This document shows positions 39,401 to 53,389 of a DNA stretch of 64,000 nt, piece by piece. Origin of the DNA: Eledone cirrhosa (taxonomy: Eukaryota); NCBI GenBank assembly GCA_964016885.1, contig OZ024740.1, positions 287,928,001-287,992,000 on the forward strand. The letters run 5' to 3'. How positions within the stretch are numbered: position 1 is the first letter of the stretch; the number at the start of each line of letters is the position of its first letter. The notes beneath the pieces were generated by a model. That model did not search any database. It was not told the DNA's origin and saw nothing but the letters and a program-made list of their open reading frames with translations. A program made the position numbers and the translations under genes.

Positions 39401-40662
39401 AACCGAATCAATGCCACCACACAACCTTTCATTCATACATTAGACTCGCTATAGGAGAGCATTTACCAATCATTAGCCGTATTTAAAGAGTTTACGATAC
39501 TATGGTTAGTTCTGACGGTAATTTATAGTTTGAATTGTGTAAATGTTTCTATTACATTTTTCAAATATTTGCCAAAATAGTGGTTGTTCATGCGGTTTAC
39601 ATAGCCCTATGTCCAAGAATTTGTATTTGTTTCTGAACATTTCTAGAATGTAAAAGCCCACCAACCAACACATTCCAGTTCCATCATAGCGGCTCCTGCT
39701 AACATTATATAATTCGTCATCTTCCTTTTTTTTTATATTCAGAAGGAATCTTTTATTATACCAGACTGGATAAATTTATAATGATGATTATTACTGTCTA
39801 TTCTGTTAAAGCACTTGATTACTGAGGTGCTGTTATTTGATAAAGAGCTTGTATGAGTAAAATTGTATTGATTACTGGAATGAGATGGGAATTAAGAATA
39901 GCACGGGGATAAAGTAAATGCAGATAAAAAGATGATAGATTGATTTTAATGCATACAACTCAACAACAGGTAATTACAGAAAATAAAGCCTATTGTTTAA
40001 CTTGAGATCAGATCTGATTGAGCAGAATTATGATCAAAGACGTTCGATTTTTCCTTGACGCAATGTATATATATATAACTACATTACCAAACATCTTCCT
40101 TGTTTAAACAGTGAAGTGTGATTTCAGAGAAATTCAGTTGCTATTTGTAGCAGATCAAACGAGCACGTAGAGGCTATTTCATTGGCTAAGATTTTGTGAT
40201 TTATGAGAAATTCGGCTGCTATTTCTGGCAGACGACACGAGCACGCAGAGGCTATTTCATTGACTAAGTTTTATCAAGTGAAAGATATTGCACAATATTT
40301 AAGATATTTAATAGCCTCATAACAAACATGTTTTGAATGTTTTGAATTTTACTTTTCTCTCTTAGGAAGGTGTCTAATTAATCAAAAGCAGCCCTACATA
40401 CATAGTTAATTATCCGCATTCCATTTAAGGTCAATTTATTGAGGACTCATTAAGTGTGTTCAGATTATGACCAATCCATGCTAACCAAATACAGCGCTAT
40501 AACACTACTACCATAGATAGATACAGATACAAACACCGTGCACATACAGATATATATATAGAGATAGATAGAATGGAAGCGATATATATATATATATATA
40601 TGACTGCCAAGACTAAAATTGAACCATCAGCACAGTTGAGGTATGTCATATTTCAATTTATG

Positions 40663-40728
40663 TATTTTATCTGATGAGGACGTACTGAAAAAACAGCACA
40701 GTTCATCCGAAATATATATAATAAAATA
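40663..40728 (+). ncRNA. Type I hammerhead ribozyme (family A)
   Basis: tattttat CTGATGA ggacgtactg..cagttcatcc GAAA tatata TA ataaaata. Confidence 0.75.
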
Positions 40729-40840
40729 TATTTTGCTTACGTGAATGTCTACATTTATTAATATTTTGAATTAATATATATATATATAAATTAATAAAAT
40801 AATGAATAAACAAAGAAACAGTTCCTTATATTAAAAAAAT

Positions 40841-40971
40841 TCATCATTTTACGATCGTTTCTAGGATATATATGTGTTAGAGTTGGTATGCATATTCTAT
40901 AGATCTATGTACAAACTATCAGAGGGAATATACATACCTACACATATATATGCTGTCTTCAGAAATAATGA
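40841..40971 (-). ncRNA. Type I hammerhead ribozyme with long stem II
   Basis: Inverted copy of 42203-42344, lacking 11 nt in stem II. Confidence 0.7.
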
Positions 40972-41689
40972 TATTTGTTTATTGAAAAAAACAAAGATTC
41001 AATACAATAGGTCTGTTTGGGAACAGGTTTTGAATTGACCAATAGAGAGATAGTGAGGGCCAAGATAGTAATATAGTAGTAGAAGAACCTTAAATTATGG
41101 GTAGAGGAAGGTATATTTCAGTTTTGGATGGAAAAGAATATTATGAATGAAGGATTATTTTAGGGAAGAAGTAGGTCTTATGCTGACCTCAGAAATAATT
41201 TTATTTGTTCATTGAATAAAACCAACAAAGATCTAATATATTCTGTCTGTATGGTAAGAGGTTTAAAATTAACCAATAGAAAGTTAATAATTGGTCAAAT
41301 GGTAAAATAGTAGTAATTGAAGCTTATTTTAGGGGTGAAAATAGGTCAGGTGGTCAGTAAAAGGTATACAAGCAGTTGCTGTTATAAAATAGTAATGCCA
41401 ATACAAATATCTAAGGTGACTAAAGTTTTACGATAAGAATGTTAGTGAAAAAAAATACATCTATGAAAAGAATATAAATTAATTTAATTGATGGGTATAT
41501 TTATATTGATAAAATTATACTAATACATATAGATATGATAAATAAGAGTTAGATGCAATTGAAAAGTGCTGTTAAAGATGAGGGGAAATTAAAAGAATAT
41601 AAAATTAATATATACATATATACCCACATATATATATATATATATACATATATATACACATACACACACAGACATATATATATATATAT

Positions 41690-41787
<98 letters not shown>

Positions 41788-42202
41788 TATATATACACAT
41801 ATACATGCATATATACATACATACACATATATATACACACACATAGACACTTACATATACATATAATTATTGGTGGGGGGAATTAAATTTATTAGTGAGA
41901 AATAATAAATATATATAGTTTTCAAGGAACATAGAGTCATATGCTGAAGTTAAAGCATTATATATGTTTACTTAATGGTATCAGTTTTAGGAAATGATAT
42001 TTGTAAAGAGGAAAGCAAAATTATGTAGTTCATCAGTAGTAGAATATTAATTATAGGTTAACTAAATTAAAAATTTTATATATTAATTTCTAAAGTGTAT
42101 ATTAATTAGGTCTATAATATTTAAAGCAGAATTATGTAGTTCATCAGTAGTAGAATATTAATTATAGGTTAACTAAATTAAAAATAGTTTAATAAACAAA
42201 TA

Positions 42203-42344
42203 TCATTATTTCTGAAGACAGCATATATATGTGTAGGTATGTATATTCCCTCTGATAGTTTGTATAAATATTGTACATAGATCTATAGAATATGCATACC
42301 AACTCTAACACATATATATCCTAGAAACGATCGTAAAATGATGA
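42203..42344 (+). ncRNA. Type I hammerhead ribozyme with long stem II
   Basis: tcattattt CTGAAGA cagc-atatatatgtgt...acacatatatat-ccta GAAA cgatcg TA aaatgatga; GUA triplet, palindromic loop III. Confidence 0.72.
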
Positions 42345-42593
42345 ATTTTTTTAATATAAGGAACTGTTTCTTTGTTTATTCATTATTTTATTAATTTATC
42401 TTGACTGTTTTCCGTTTATTTTTCACCGAAAGTAGTTTTTGAATGCATCTTCTCTTTTCATGATATCCGGATTACATTGAGTTCTTCATACGGATTGGAC
42501 ACTACCGTAAACTTTTGGTAGATTTATCTACATATATATATGTATATTATTCAAAATATTAACAAATGAAGATATTCACATAATCAAAATATA

Positions 42594-42661
42594 TGCTTTA
42601 TTATATATATTTCGAAGGTACTGTGTTTTTTTTTTTCAGTACGTCCTCGTCAGGTAAAATA
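42594..42661 (-). ncRNA. Type I hammerhead ribozyme (family A)
   Basis: Minus strand: tattttac CTGACGA ggacgtactg..cagtaccttc GAAA tatata TA ataaagca. Confidence 0.65.
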
Positions 42662-42691
42662 TATGATTTGATATATTACGTACCTCTACGG

Positions 42692-43214
42692 CAGGGCTTC
42701 CCAACTTTTTTTCACTATGGACCCTCAAGCAGAATACTTTTTCGCTATGGACCCCCAAGAGCATTCAAAATTTAGGACATTAATTCAACAAACAAAATTT
42801 TTTCGTAATGATCAAAGAGTCCTACGGGCACACGTTTTTAGTGAGAGTCTTGTGGCTGTTTATTACTCACGAGAGCAGAAACCCGTGGTTGTAGGGAACC
42901 TGATTTCTGGATTATTGTTCAAGTGCAAGCTCCTTCGTTGCTTTGTGAATGAATGAAGTAAAAGCGAACAGCCCATCCCCACCAAATTGGACGTTGGTAG
43001 ATTAATTATAAATGGTTCCACCTTTTCATACAAGGTTTGATATTTGATCGAGCTTTGCAGCCACGCTTTGACCCAATTTTTCTCAGAGGCCTGAATCAAG
43101 CGCTCGTCAGTAATGGCCTCGCACAGCTCAATCTGGACGCATTCAGGTTGATTCATGACATCCTTCATTGTCATTGTATGAAGTAAATCGACAAACGGTG
43201 GTATGCTCACTATG

Positions 43215-43215
<1 letters not shown>
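42692..43215 (-). mobile_element. hAT (Buster-like) 3' fragment
   Basis: TIR-like cagggcttcccaactttttt at 42692; C-terminal WLQSSIKYQTLYEKVEPFIINLPTSNLV...TKQRRSL fragment. Confidence 0.65.
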
Positions 43216-44167
<952 letters not shown>

Positions 44168-44228
44168 GAAATTATATTTAATTTGTTGGGATACAGCAAG
44201 CAAATATTTTTATAACTGATCGATATTA

Positions 44229-44293
44229 TATTTTATCCGATGAAAGCGCACCGTAATTTGCTTTGGTGTCCTTGAAATATGTATAATGAAATA
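44229..44293 (+). ncRNA. Hammerhead ribozyme (family A) with CCGAUGA core variant, inverted relative to the tail at 44165-44220
   Basis: tattttat CCGATGA aagcgcaccgt..ttggtgtcctt GAAA tatgta TA atgaaata. Confidence 0.65.
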
Positions 44294-44335
44294 AATATGG
44301 TTTTATAAATATAGTTTCCATTTGTTAATATATTG

Positions 44336-44400
<65 letters not shown>

Positions 44401-44574
44401 GGAAAATTTGAACAGGAACAAAACAGAGAAGCAGTACAACGAATGTTTATTAATTTCACGCTCTGATATATATATATATAAATGAAGTATTTCCGTAGGA
44501 AAGGTAAAGGAAAAGAGAGTGCTCTATGTAGGCTACAGAGCTTTTTAGTTATATAATAAACAACATAAGATAAT

Positions 44575-44641
44575 TATTTCATTTACCAGTGGTTTCTTGA
44601 AGACAGATATTTATTTCTGTCTTCATTCATCAGACAGAATA
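44575..44641 (-). ncRNA. Hammerhead-like motif with weak stem I
   Basis: Minus strand: tattctgt CTGATGA a-tgaagacaga-aataaata-tctgtcttca-a GAAA ccactgg TA aatgaaata. Confidence 0.55.
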
Positions 44642-45659
44642 ATATGAAATATTTATTTAATATGGATTTGAAAACGGAATTTAGGATAAATGAAATAAAA
44701 TAACGGGCAAAATAACGGGCAAAAAATTGAGGGGAAAAATTGAGGGGAAAAAATATATAAATTGAGGGGAAAAAATATATAAATTGAGGGGAAAAATTGA
44801 GGGGAAAAAAATATATAAATAAATATTCAAAACATAAACATACACATACTCAAACTCACGCATATACGTAATAGTACGTAAACGTATACATTCACACATA
44901 AGTATATGTGCGTCTACATGGAAATACAAATATACACATATATAAATGTGTGATATTATGCTCAAATATGCGCACATTCACACAGGTACTCAGAAATAAC
45001 GTATAAATATATATACACATGCACATCTCTCCATACACATATACATAAATTATATATATACACGCATATATATACATACATATACATACATATATATATA
45101 TATACTTATATATATATACATATATATATACATATATATATACACACATAGATCATACACACATTCACAATTCTCTATACATACCCGCACACATATATAC
45201 ATATAAATATATACATACACACATACATATATCTACTCAAGCGCATACAAACATGTGTGAACATACATACGCACATCTGCCTATGTACGCACGTATACAC
45301 AGACGTACAAAAGTTCAGACACACGCACGCACACTTACGCTTAACCACACGTAAGGCATGATACTACAAGGTACATTGGGAGGTAGGAGGGAAACAGATA
45401 TGAATAAAATTAAAAAAAAACAAATATAAAAATATAAATAAAAGCATAAAGGGATGTGTTGACAACGAAAGGTGGCGGAGGGGTGGGTGGGGATAAATAA
45501 ATATATAAAAATATAAATATATAAATAAACATACGCAAAAATACACACACACACACGCACATAAACATACAAACACACAATATGTATATATATATATATA
45601 TATATAAATACAAATAAATTATCGAGAATCGGAACTTCGGCCCACGAAATAACGAAACA

Positions 45660-46740
45660 CAATCTTCGAAATGTATGGCAAAGTGCTCAATAGTTCGGAT
45701 AAACCAGAGCCATAACTAATGTTTAATACCAACACACTGAGACGATGCTTAAACAATCATTCGCACAGCCAAAAATACGACCAAGAAAATTCGGGTCAGA
45801 CAAATAAAAATATATATGAATGAAAAATTTACCCGGACCCCCTGGAAGGATGGTAAATTCCAGCATTTGGGTTTCTGCGGCTCCTAAATCAGTTACCGTC
45901 AGCCTACATAAAAAAATATCCGGCTTCTGGCGGGTGATGAGAAACGTGTCCCGCATGTGCAACCCCAAAGAACTGGAGAGACACATACAGCACTTCATCC
46001 ACCGTATGCAGTTCTCTGGTTACAATCAGAGAGATAAAATCAGAGTATATAGAGGAGCCAGAACCAAATGGGAAAAAATGGTAAATAATGACACAAATGG
46101 GACCTGCCCCTTGTATAGGAGCAAATTTTGAAATAGAATAGAAAGAACTAGGAATAAGGTTATTAGAATAAACTCATGGTATGATAGCAATAAATACCAG
46201 AGTGTAATGTTCATCGATACAACCCCTAGAGGTGAATTAGCTTACAAATTTAGAAGGGCCCTAGATAAACATAAACTCAATATTAAGATAGTAGAAAGAC
46301 CAAGTACCTCCATAAAAACACTTATTAGCAATACATACCCTTTTCAAAGACCTCCCTGTATAGATAAGAAATGTATAATCTGTAAATTAAGCCCCCATAT
46401 TAACTGTAAAACTAGAAATGTAGTATATAGCATAAGATGTACTGAAGGACAATGTAGAGATAAGAATATAGTGTACATAGGTGAGACAGCTCGTAGTATA
46501 GGGGAACGGATAAATGAACACTAGCGAGAGCTTCAAGATAGTAAAGAATCATCTGTACTCTACCAACATGCTAAAATAGAACATAAGGGTAAATTAGAGA
46601 ACATAGAAATAAAAATAGAATCTACACACAGAAAAGACGCAATGTTTAGACAAATCACAGAGGCAATAAACATAAATGAACTCCAACCAAAATTAAATAG
46701 AAAGCCTGAATGGAACAGCAACATCACAACTTACAATTAA
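45660..46740 (+). mobile_element. Penelope-like element 3' remnant (linker and GIY-YIG)
   Basis: RMQFSGY, CPLYRSK, MFIDTTPRGELA, CKTRNVVYSIRC..C..YIGETARSIGERINEH; in-frame stops. Confidence 0.85.
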
Positions 46741-46943
46741 GGACAAAATGAAAACACACACGCACATAGAACAAACAACCAACCAGTAACATGTAAATAA
46801 ACAAACAAATAAATAAACAAATATAAACACACACAGACACCCGGATGTAACACATGCGCAAACTAAGCACACAACACACACAAAAACAAGATGGGGTAGG
46901 ACAGAACAAAGGAGAGGCACAAAAACCAAGAAAAGAATCCCCA

Positions 46944-46986
46944 GTCACTGAAGAGGTCACAGAATGTGTGACGAAAAAACTTTGAC
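46944..46986 (+). ncRNA. Type I hammerhead ribozyme in the PLE 3' pLTR
   Basis: gtca CTGAAGA g-gtcaca-gaatg-tgtgac GAAA aact TT tgac; downstream of and co-oriented with the GIY-YIG remnant. Confidence 0.68.
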
Positions 46987-47153
46987 AATATATAAACAAT
47001 CATCCAACCGGAAATTTATAAATTCCTAAATTTATAAATTTATTATAATAAATTGAAGTGAAAGCAACTGGTACGTGTGTTTCTTATTGGCAAGATTTTC
47101 CCAAAGTATAAAAAAGATTTTCCCAAAGTATAAAAAAAAAAAATATATATATA

Positions 47154-47344
47154 TAATAATAATAATAATTGTTTCTACTTTAGGCACAAGGTCGGCAATT
47201 ACCAAGTGCATTACTGGTACTTTATTTTATCGACCTCGTAAGGATGAAAAGCAAAGTCAACCTCGGCGGGATTTGAACTCAGATCGTAAAGGGACGTAAC
47301 TATGCTGGAAAGCATGGCGTCCGACCCTCTACCGATACTGCCAA
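47154..47344 (-). mobile_element. tRNA-derived SINE
   Basis: Matches the reverse complement of 6854-7040. Confidence 0.9.
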
Positions 47345-47565
47345 GACTAAAATCCAAAGAGGGCTCGATAAGGATAAATATATATCAAATATATAAGAAC
47401 CGTAGAGCAAATATTTATTAAAATAACAGATTAAAGTTTAAGCAAAGAATCGCTGCTTTCACCCTTAACGGGATCTTCTGAAACTAACAAAGTCAATCTG
47501 TGAACGCAGAAGTGAATATTTCAAAAAACGTTGCAACCGGAGGAAGACAGGAAGACGATACTTTG

Positions 47566-47850
47566 GTTCGTGGAAACGTTCCCTGGCAAAGAACGGGAAA
47601 AAACGAATATAATACGTCATTATTTGGAGCGGTGAAAAACAATTACACGCAAAGACAAAACCACGTTTATGGTATAAAAGAAGTCATAGACTAATATTCT
47701 ATTAGGTGTTTCATAGAGACGTTCTCTGGCAATGAACGAAAAAAAAACGAAGATAATACATCATATGTGGAGCGTGGAGAACAATTGCACGCAAAGACAA
47801 AACCATGTAAATGGTATAACTGAAGTCGTAGACTAAAAGTCTAACTAGGA
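47566..47850. repeat. Diverged ~143-bp tandem duplication in the putative PLE 3' UTR
   Basis: acgtt.cctggcaa.gaacg ... acgcaaagacaaaacca ... gaagtc.tagactaa occurs twice. Confidence 0.75.
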
Positions 47851-48414
47851 AACCGAATGATTCTCGGCTTCAGAGTTAAGAATAAAGTAAATAAAATAAG
47901 AGGTAATTGAAATTAAATAAATACATACACGCATCCATATACGTACATACACAAGCATACGCGAAAACACTCGCCATAGGTATACAAATACACGCACATA
48001 TAAATATGTGCGTGTGTGTGTGTGCGTGTATACAAATAATTAAATAAACATATATAAATAAATAAATACGTATATAGCAAGCGCACACACACACCTACAT
48101 GTAAATACACATATGTTCGGAGACGTACGTCAACCAAAACACGAGGTACACATATACACGCACCCTACATACGTACGAACCCGCATACTCACACAGACGC
48201 AAAACTCACGTATACACATAACCAAAAGCATATGTACCAGAATATATAAAATATACGCCATAACATATACAATCAAATATACGTACGTGAAAGTATACGT
48301 ACCTTCACAAAACATACAGGTAATATATACTACCTATACAAATAAGTAATGGTATAAACATAACATATACTTAGCTACCACATCAAGACGTAAAATATCC
48401 GCGTATAGATCGTA

Positions 48415-49239
48415 CTATCCGTTAGGGTATAATGTGGGGCTGTAATACAGGAAAGTTTTGTGCAATTTATGTTTGCAAGCCGAAATTGCCTCAGATTTTT
48501 TGTTTAAGATGTGGTCTGTGGCGTAGAGTATTTCCAGGGCCTCAGCGGCGCAGAAGTCACATGGTCTTTTATTTCCGTTATACGATCTAGCCCTAGCTAG
48601 GATCTCCCAGCGCAACTTATATTGGGTGTGGTTGTCTTTTAGACTCCAGATATAAGCTGAAAGTGACGTCATATTCCTTCTTAGAGGGTAACGAAAAAAA
48701 TGGGTATGCATGTAAAGACGCTGCTTGAATCTATTGGCAGTTAACCCTATGTAGGCCCTACGGAACGTGGGTGTTTCAACCTTACATTTGTAGACAATGT
48801 TACTAGAGAGGCATTTCCCGGATAGGGGGCAGTCAACCCGATTCCTACAATTACAGTTAGTACTAACTACAGGGTTACACGTGTTCCTACGGCTAGGTAG
48901 TTTAGCTAAATTTGAAGCTGTGATGTTATGTGCAAGGTTAGGAGTCGTAGAGTAAGAAATTTTAATAGTATTTCTATTAAAAATGTTACTATATTTATGT
49001 GTAGGGGGAAAATGCTTCGTAATAAGGGATAGAACGATCTTAGCTAAAGGTGTGGCCACCTCCATATTATATGGTGAGTTATACCATATAATGCGTCGGG
49101 ATCTATTTTTTCTAGGTCTATTCTCGTACTCTGTATATGCTACCTTATCGACAAATCCACTCCGAGCAAGAGCTTCATTGTAATATGTGGAATGGTCGTT
49201 GAAAATATGCTCATTAGTAGATAGACGGGAAAGCCTCAA
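48415..49239 (-). CDS. Penelope-like element C-terminal ORF (linker and GIY-YIG endonuclease), 5'-truncated
   Basis: RRIIWYNSPYN, KHFP..H...IFNRNTIKISYS, CNCR...CPLSGKCL.SNIVYKC, YIGLTANRFKQR...H, CDFCAAE, LNKKSE...CKH. Confidence 0.9.
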   Translation of the reverse strand: MRLSRLSTNEHIFNDHSTYYNEALARSGFVDKVAYTEYENRPRKNRSRRIIWYNSPYNMEVATPLAKIVLSLITKHFPPTHKYSNIFNRNTIKISYSTTPNLAHNITASNLAKLPSRRNTCNPVVSTNCNCRNRVDCPLSGKCLSSNIVYKCKVETPTFRRAYIGLTANRFKQRLYMHTHFFRYPLRRNMTSLSAYIWSLKDNHTQYKLRWEILARARSYNGNKRPCDFCAAEALEILYATDHILNKKSEAISACKHKLHKTFLYYSPTLYPNG

Positions 49240-49501
49240 AAGAAACGTTTCTTACCAGGTTCTTGGTTTTGCTGGCAGGATACACAAACATATACACATA
49301 TATACATATACACATATATACACATACACATATATAACCACAAGCATACCTACACAAGCCTATACATATATAATTCATGCGTACACATTCAAATATATAC
49401 GGACGTACGTACGCAACAAAAGGATGCATACATAACATATGTACAACCCCCCTCCCCGCATACATACACATACAAATACACGCATGCACATGCAGGTGAG
49501 T

Positions 49502-49537
<36 letters not shown>

Positions 49538-49630
49538 GGGCCTAGCAATTAATTAGTTAATCCAATTAGACAATTTTATTGACTGATTAATTGCTTAAAG
49601 TTTATTTAAAAACAACCCGGTCGAGAGCTT

Positions 49631-50026
49631 ACTTCGATTTGTGCAGTTTTTTACTTCGATTTGTGCAGTTTTTTACTTCGATTTGTGCAGTTTTTTACTT
49701 CGATTTGTGCAGTTTTTTACTTCGATTTGTGCAGTTTTTTACTTCGATTTGTGCAGTTTTTTACTTCGATTTGTGCAGTTTTTTACTTCGATTTGTGCAG
49801 TTTTTTACTTCGATTTGTGCAGTTTTTTACTTCGATTTGTGCAGTTTTTTACTTCGATTTGTGCAGTTTTTTACTTCGATTTGTGCAGTTTTTTACTTCG
49901 ATTTGTGCAGTTTTTTACTTCGATTTGTGCAGTTTTTTACTTCGATTTGTGCAGTTTTTTACTTCGATTTGTGCAGTTTTTTACTTCGATTTGTGCAGTT
50001 TTTTACTTCGATTTGTGCAGTTTTTT
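49631..50026. repeat. 22-bp minisatellite, 18 apparently perfect copies
   Basis: (acttcgatttgtgcagtttttt)18. Confidence 0.95.
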
Positions 50027-50490
50027 GCAATTTTTGCAATACATTTACACATTTTGAATGCACCCGTCAAAAACCGAGGTTACCTCCCTTGCAGGGTAAA
50101 CACGTGGGGTAATCACGTCACAACTACTTCATTGGAACCCGGTAGCCGGCTGAGAACAAAATACCTGTTAACGAAATGGCTACCTTGTTCGATCGTTATA
50201 CCAAAAGCTTACAACGAAAGCAGACAGTTTAATTGATTTAGGCGTCACAGGATTTTACCAACACTTTCCAGGAGGTCCAGGTAAATTATTTTGTTAACCT
50301 GTTTAGCTTGCTTCGTTTTTTTTTGGCTCTGGTGGCTTCACGACCACTGTTTTCATTTTATCTGGCCTTTATAACGTATGTTAATTGCTCTGGTCTTCTC
50401 TTAGTCAATTGGGCGCTTGCCGCATATCTCGAGGATTGCGTTTCGTTTTGTGTTTGTCTCCCGCCGAAATATGATCTCGCTGAAATTATA

Positions 50491-50605
<115 letters not shown>

Positions 50606-50721
50606 TTGCGTTCACACGAAATAAGTGTGGGGACATAACGCACGTACATACACACACACACGCACACAAACACACAATAATAAATCTACACACACACACA
50701 CACATATATATATACACACAC

Positions 50722-50780
<59 letters not shown>

Positions 50781-50781
50781 C

Positions 50782-50962
<181 letters not shown>

Positions 50963-51171
50963 CACACGCATGTGCGTGTGTGTACATACATATAGGCAGA
51001 CATACTACATATACACTCATACATGCAGGTAGGTGTATATATGCACACACACACACACACGCACATATAAGGTAAGCGTATATTCACAAACGGGGACACC
51101 ATTATGTGTAAGGTTATACTCACAGATCCACGTGCAAAGGTTTATAATTATGGATATACAAGTAATTATAT

Positions 51172-51327
<156 letters not shown>

Positions 51328-51590
51328 GCAAATGTTTTATTTAAATTGTTGGGTTACAACAAGTAAATATTTTATAACTGATATAAAGCATTCGACAAGT
51401 TTTTGGAGTAGATATACGATATTAAACAAATGGAAACTATATTTATAAAACCATATTTATTTCATTATACATATTTCGGGGATACCATATTAAAAATATG
51501 GCATGCCTTCGTCAGATAAAATACAATATATAAACAGTTTTATAAATAATTTTGACGTACCATAAACATGAGCGACCATTATGTAGGAAG

Positions 51591-51592
<2 letters not shown>
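51328..51592 (-). mobile_element. Family A mini-element, simple (non-inverted) copy
   Basis: Reverse-complement similarity to 6050-6262; TA-flanked. Confidence 0.8.
51458..51523 (-). ncRNA. Type I hammerhead ribozyme (family A)
   Basis: Minus strand: tattttat CTGACGA aggcatgccatat..atatggtatcccc GAAA tatgta TA atgaaata. Confidence 0.72.
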
Positions 51593-51654
<62 letters not shown>

Positions 51655-51800
51655 GCGAGAGAGAGAGAGAGAGAAGAGATTTCCGAGTTGTATCGTTAAA
51701 AATGGTACTCAATACATTGGTAGAGTATAGGTATTTTAAATTTTATATATAGATGATTTCATACGAATGAAACAGTTCTAGACTGTAGAAGTTATTTCTG

Positions 51801-51917
<117 letters not shown>

Positions 51918-52033
51918 CATATATACATACATATATACATGCATACATATATATATATATATGTGTGTGTGTATGTATTTGGAAAGAGAGACGTACAGAC
52001 ATGTAAATACAACTTTACAGGCGTAAACGAACG

Positions 52034-52096
<63 letters not shown>

Positions 52097-52639
52097 CTAA
52101 AGTGGGTATGATATGAGATGAAAAATGTAAAAAATGTTGAGTTGAAAGTTTGTATTAAACGTGAGTGATTCAATGTGTTGTCGTGAGGACTTGTTCGTTG
52201 TTTGGTTGAAGTGTTTGAAGTTAATTTAAGTAAATTAGGTTATACCCAAGAACACGTGGTTAACACGTTTTAAGTCCTCAGAAAAATCCATTCATACACA
52301 TTTAAGTCTGTTATTGATGTGAACAGATAAAAAGGAAGGCGTCTATTAAGTTAAAATAGAGTTATTTACTTGTCAATCTGAGATTTGAAACGCCGTTAGC
52401 ATCTTCAGATGATTTGTGTTAACAGTAGAATAATTATACACCGAATCAGCAACGTAACAGACGACAAGGTGATTGTGATACAGAAATATAATAACAATGG
52501 TTTATGATTTAGGCATAAACCAACAATTTCTGGGGAGTGGAAAGTTGATTAAATCGACGCCATGTACGTTACTGGTATTTTATTTTATCGACCCCGGGAT
52601 AAAATAGAGTTTTAATTTTTTTTTTCAGATATACCCTTG

Positions 52640-53372
52640 GGCATACGTCAAGACGGGCGGTCTCAAAAGTGAAACTAATTTTTGACAGTTACGTAAGTGA
52701 TTAGTTTCAATTTCGATTGTGAATTTTTTTTTTTTTTTTACAACAGGTCTCTATAGGGATATGGTGTTAATTAGTATTGCGTGTACGTGATTTTTTTTTG
52801 ATTTTTCTTTTTTTGTGTATTGTGTGTACGGAAAATTTAAAAAAAAATAATGACATTGTGTGTTGAAAGAAATACATTTTTTAAAAATAACTACATAGTT
52901 ATACGTTTGTTGCATATAAAATATAAATTGACGTATATATATACATACACACATATATATATATACAGACACATATATATATACACACAAACACACATAT
53001 ATATACACACAAACACATATATACACACAAACACATATATACACACAAACATATATATACGTCTAAACCCATGCTTGCGTGGAAGATAGACGTTAAACGA
53101 TGATGATGACACAAACACATATATATATACAAACACACATATATATATATACATACACACACACATATATATATATATATATACATACATACACACACAC
53201 ATATATATACACACATATACACACCCACACATATATATATATTAAGAAATCCATACAATTGCGTGTGTCTGCATTATACTTTCACTATTGAGACCTGTTG
53301 TAAAAAAAACAAACAAATTAACAATCGTGAAAATTAGTTTCACTTTTGAGACCGCCCGTCTTGACGTATGCC
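52640..53372. mobile_element. Non-autonomous DNA transposon with 9-bp TSD (Mutator-like MITE)
   Basis: Perfect ~42-bp TIR ggcatacgtcaagacgggcggtctcaaaagtgaaactaattt, extending imperfectly to ~110 bp; TSD atacccttg (52631-52639 / 53373-53381). Confidence 0.85.
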
Positions 53373-53389
53373 ATACCCTTGTATATGTA

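Larger units (their letters stand above)
40787..42530 (+). mobile_element. Large fold-back PLE-like non-coding insert with HHRs in both arms
   Basis: About 200-bp inverted arms 40787-40983 / 42191-42399, tail 42400-42530, TA-flanked. Confidence 0.7.

Noticed and set aside
49591-50236. CRISPR array or repeat-protein ORFs
   Set aside because: Contiguous 22-bp units with no spacers; eukaryotic context; no cas genes
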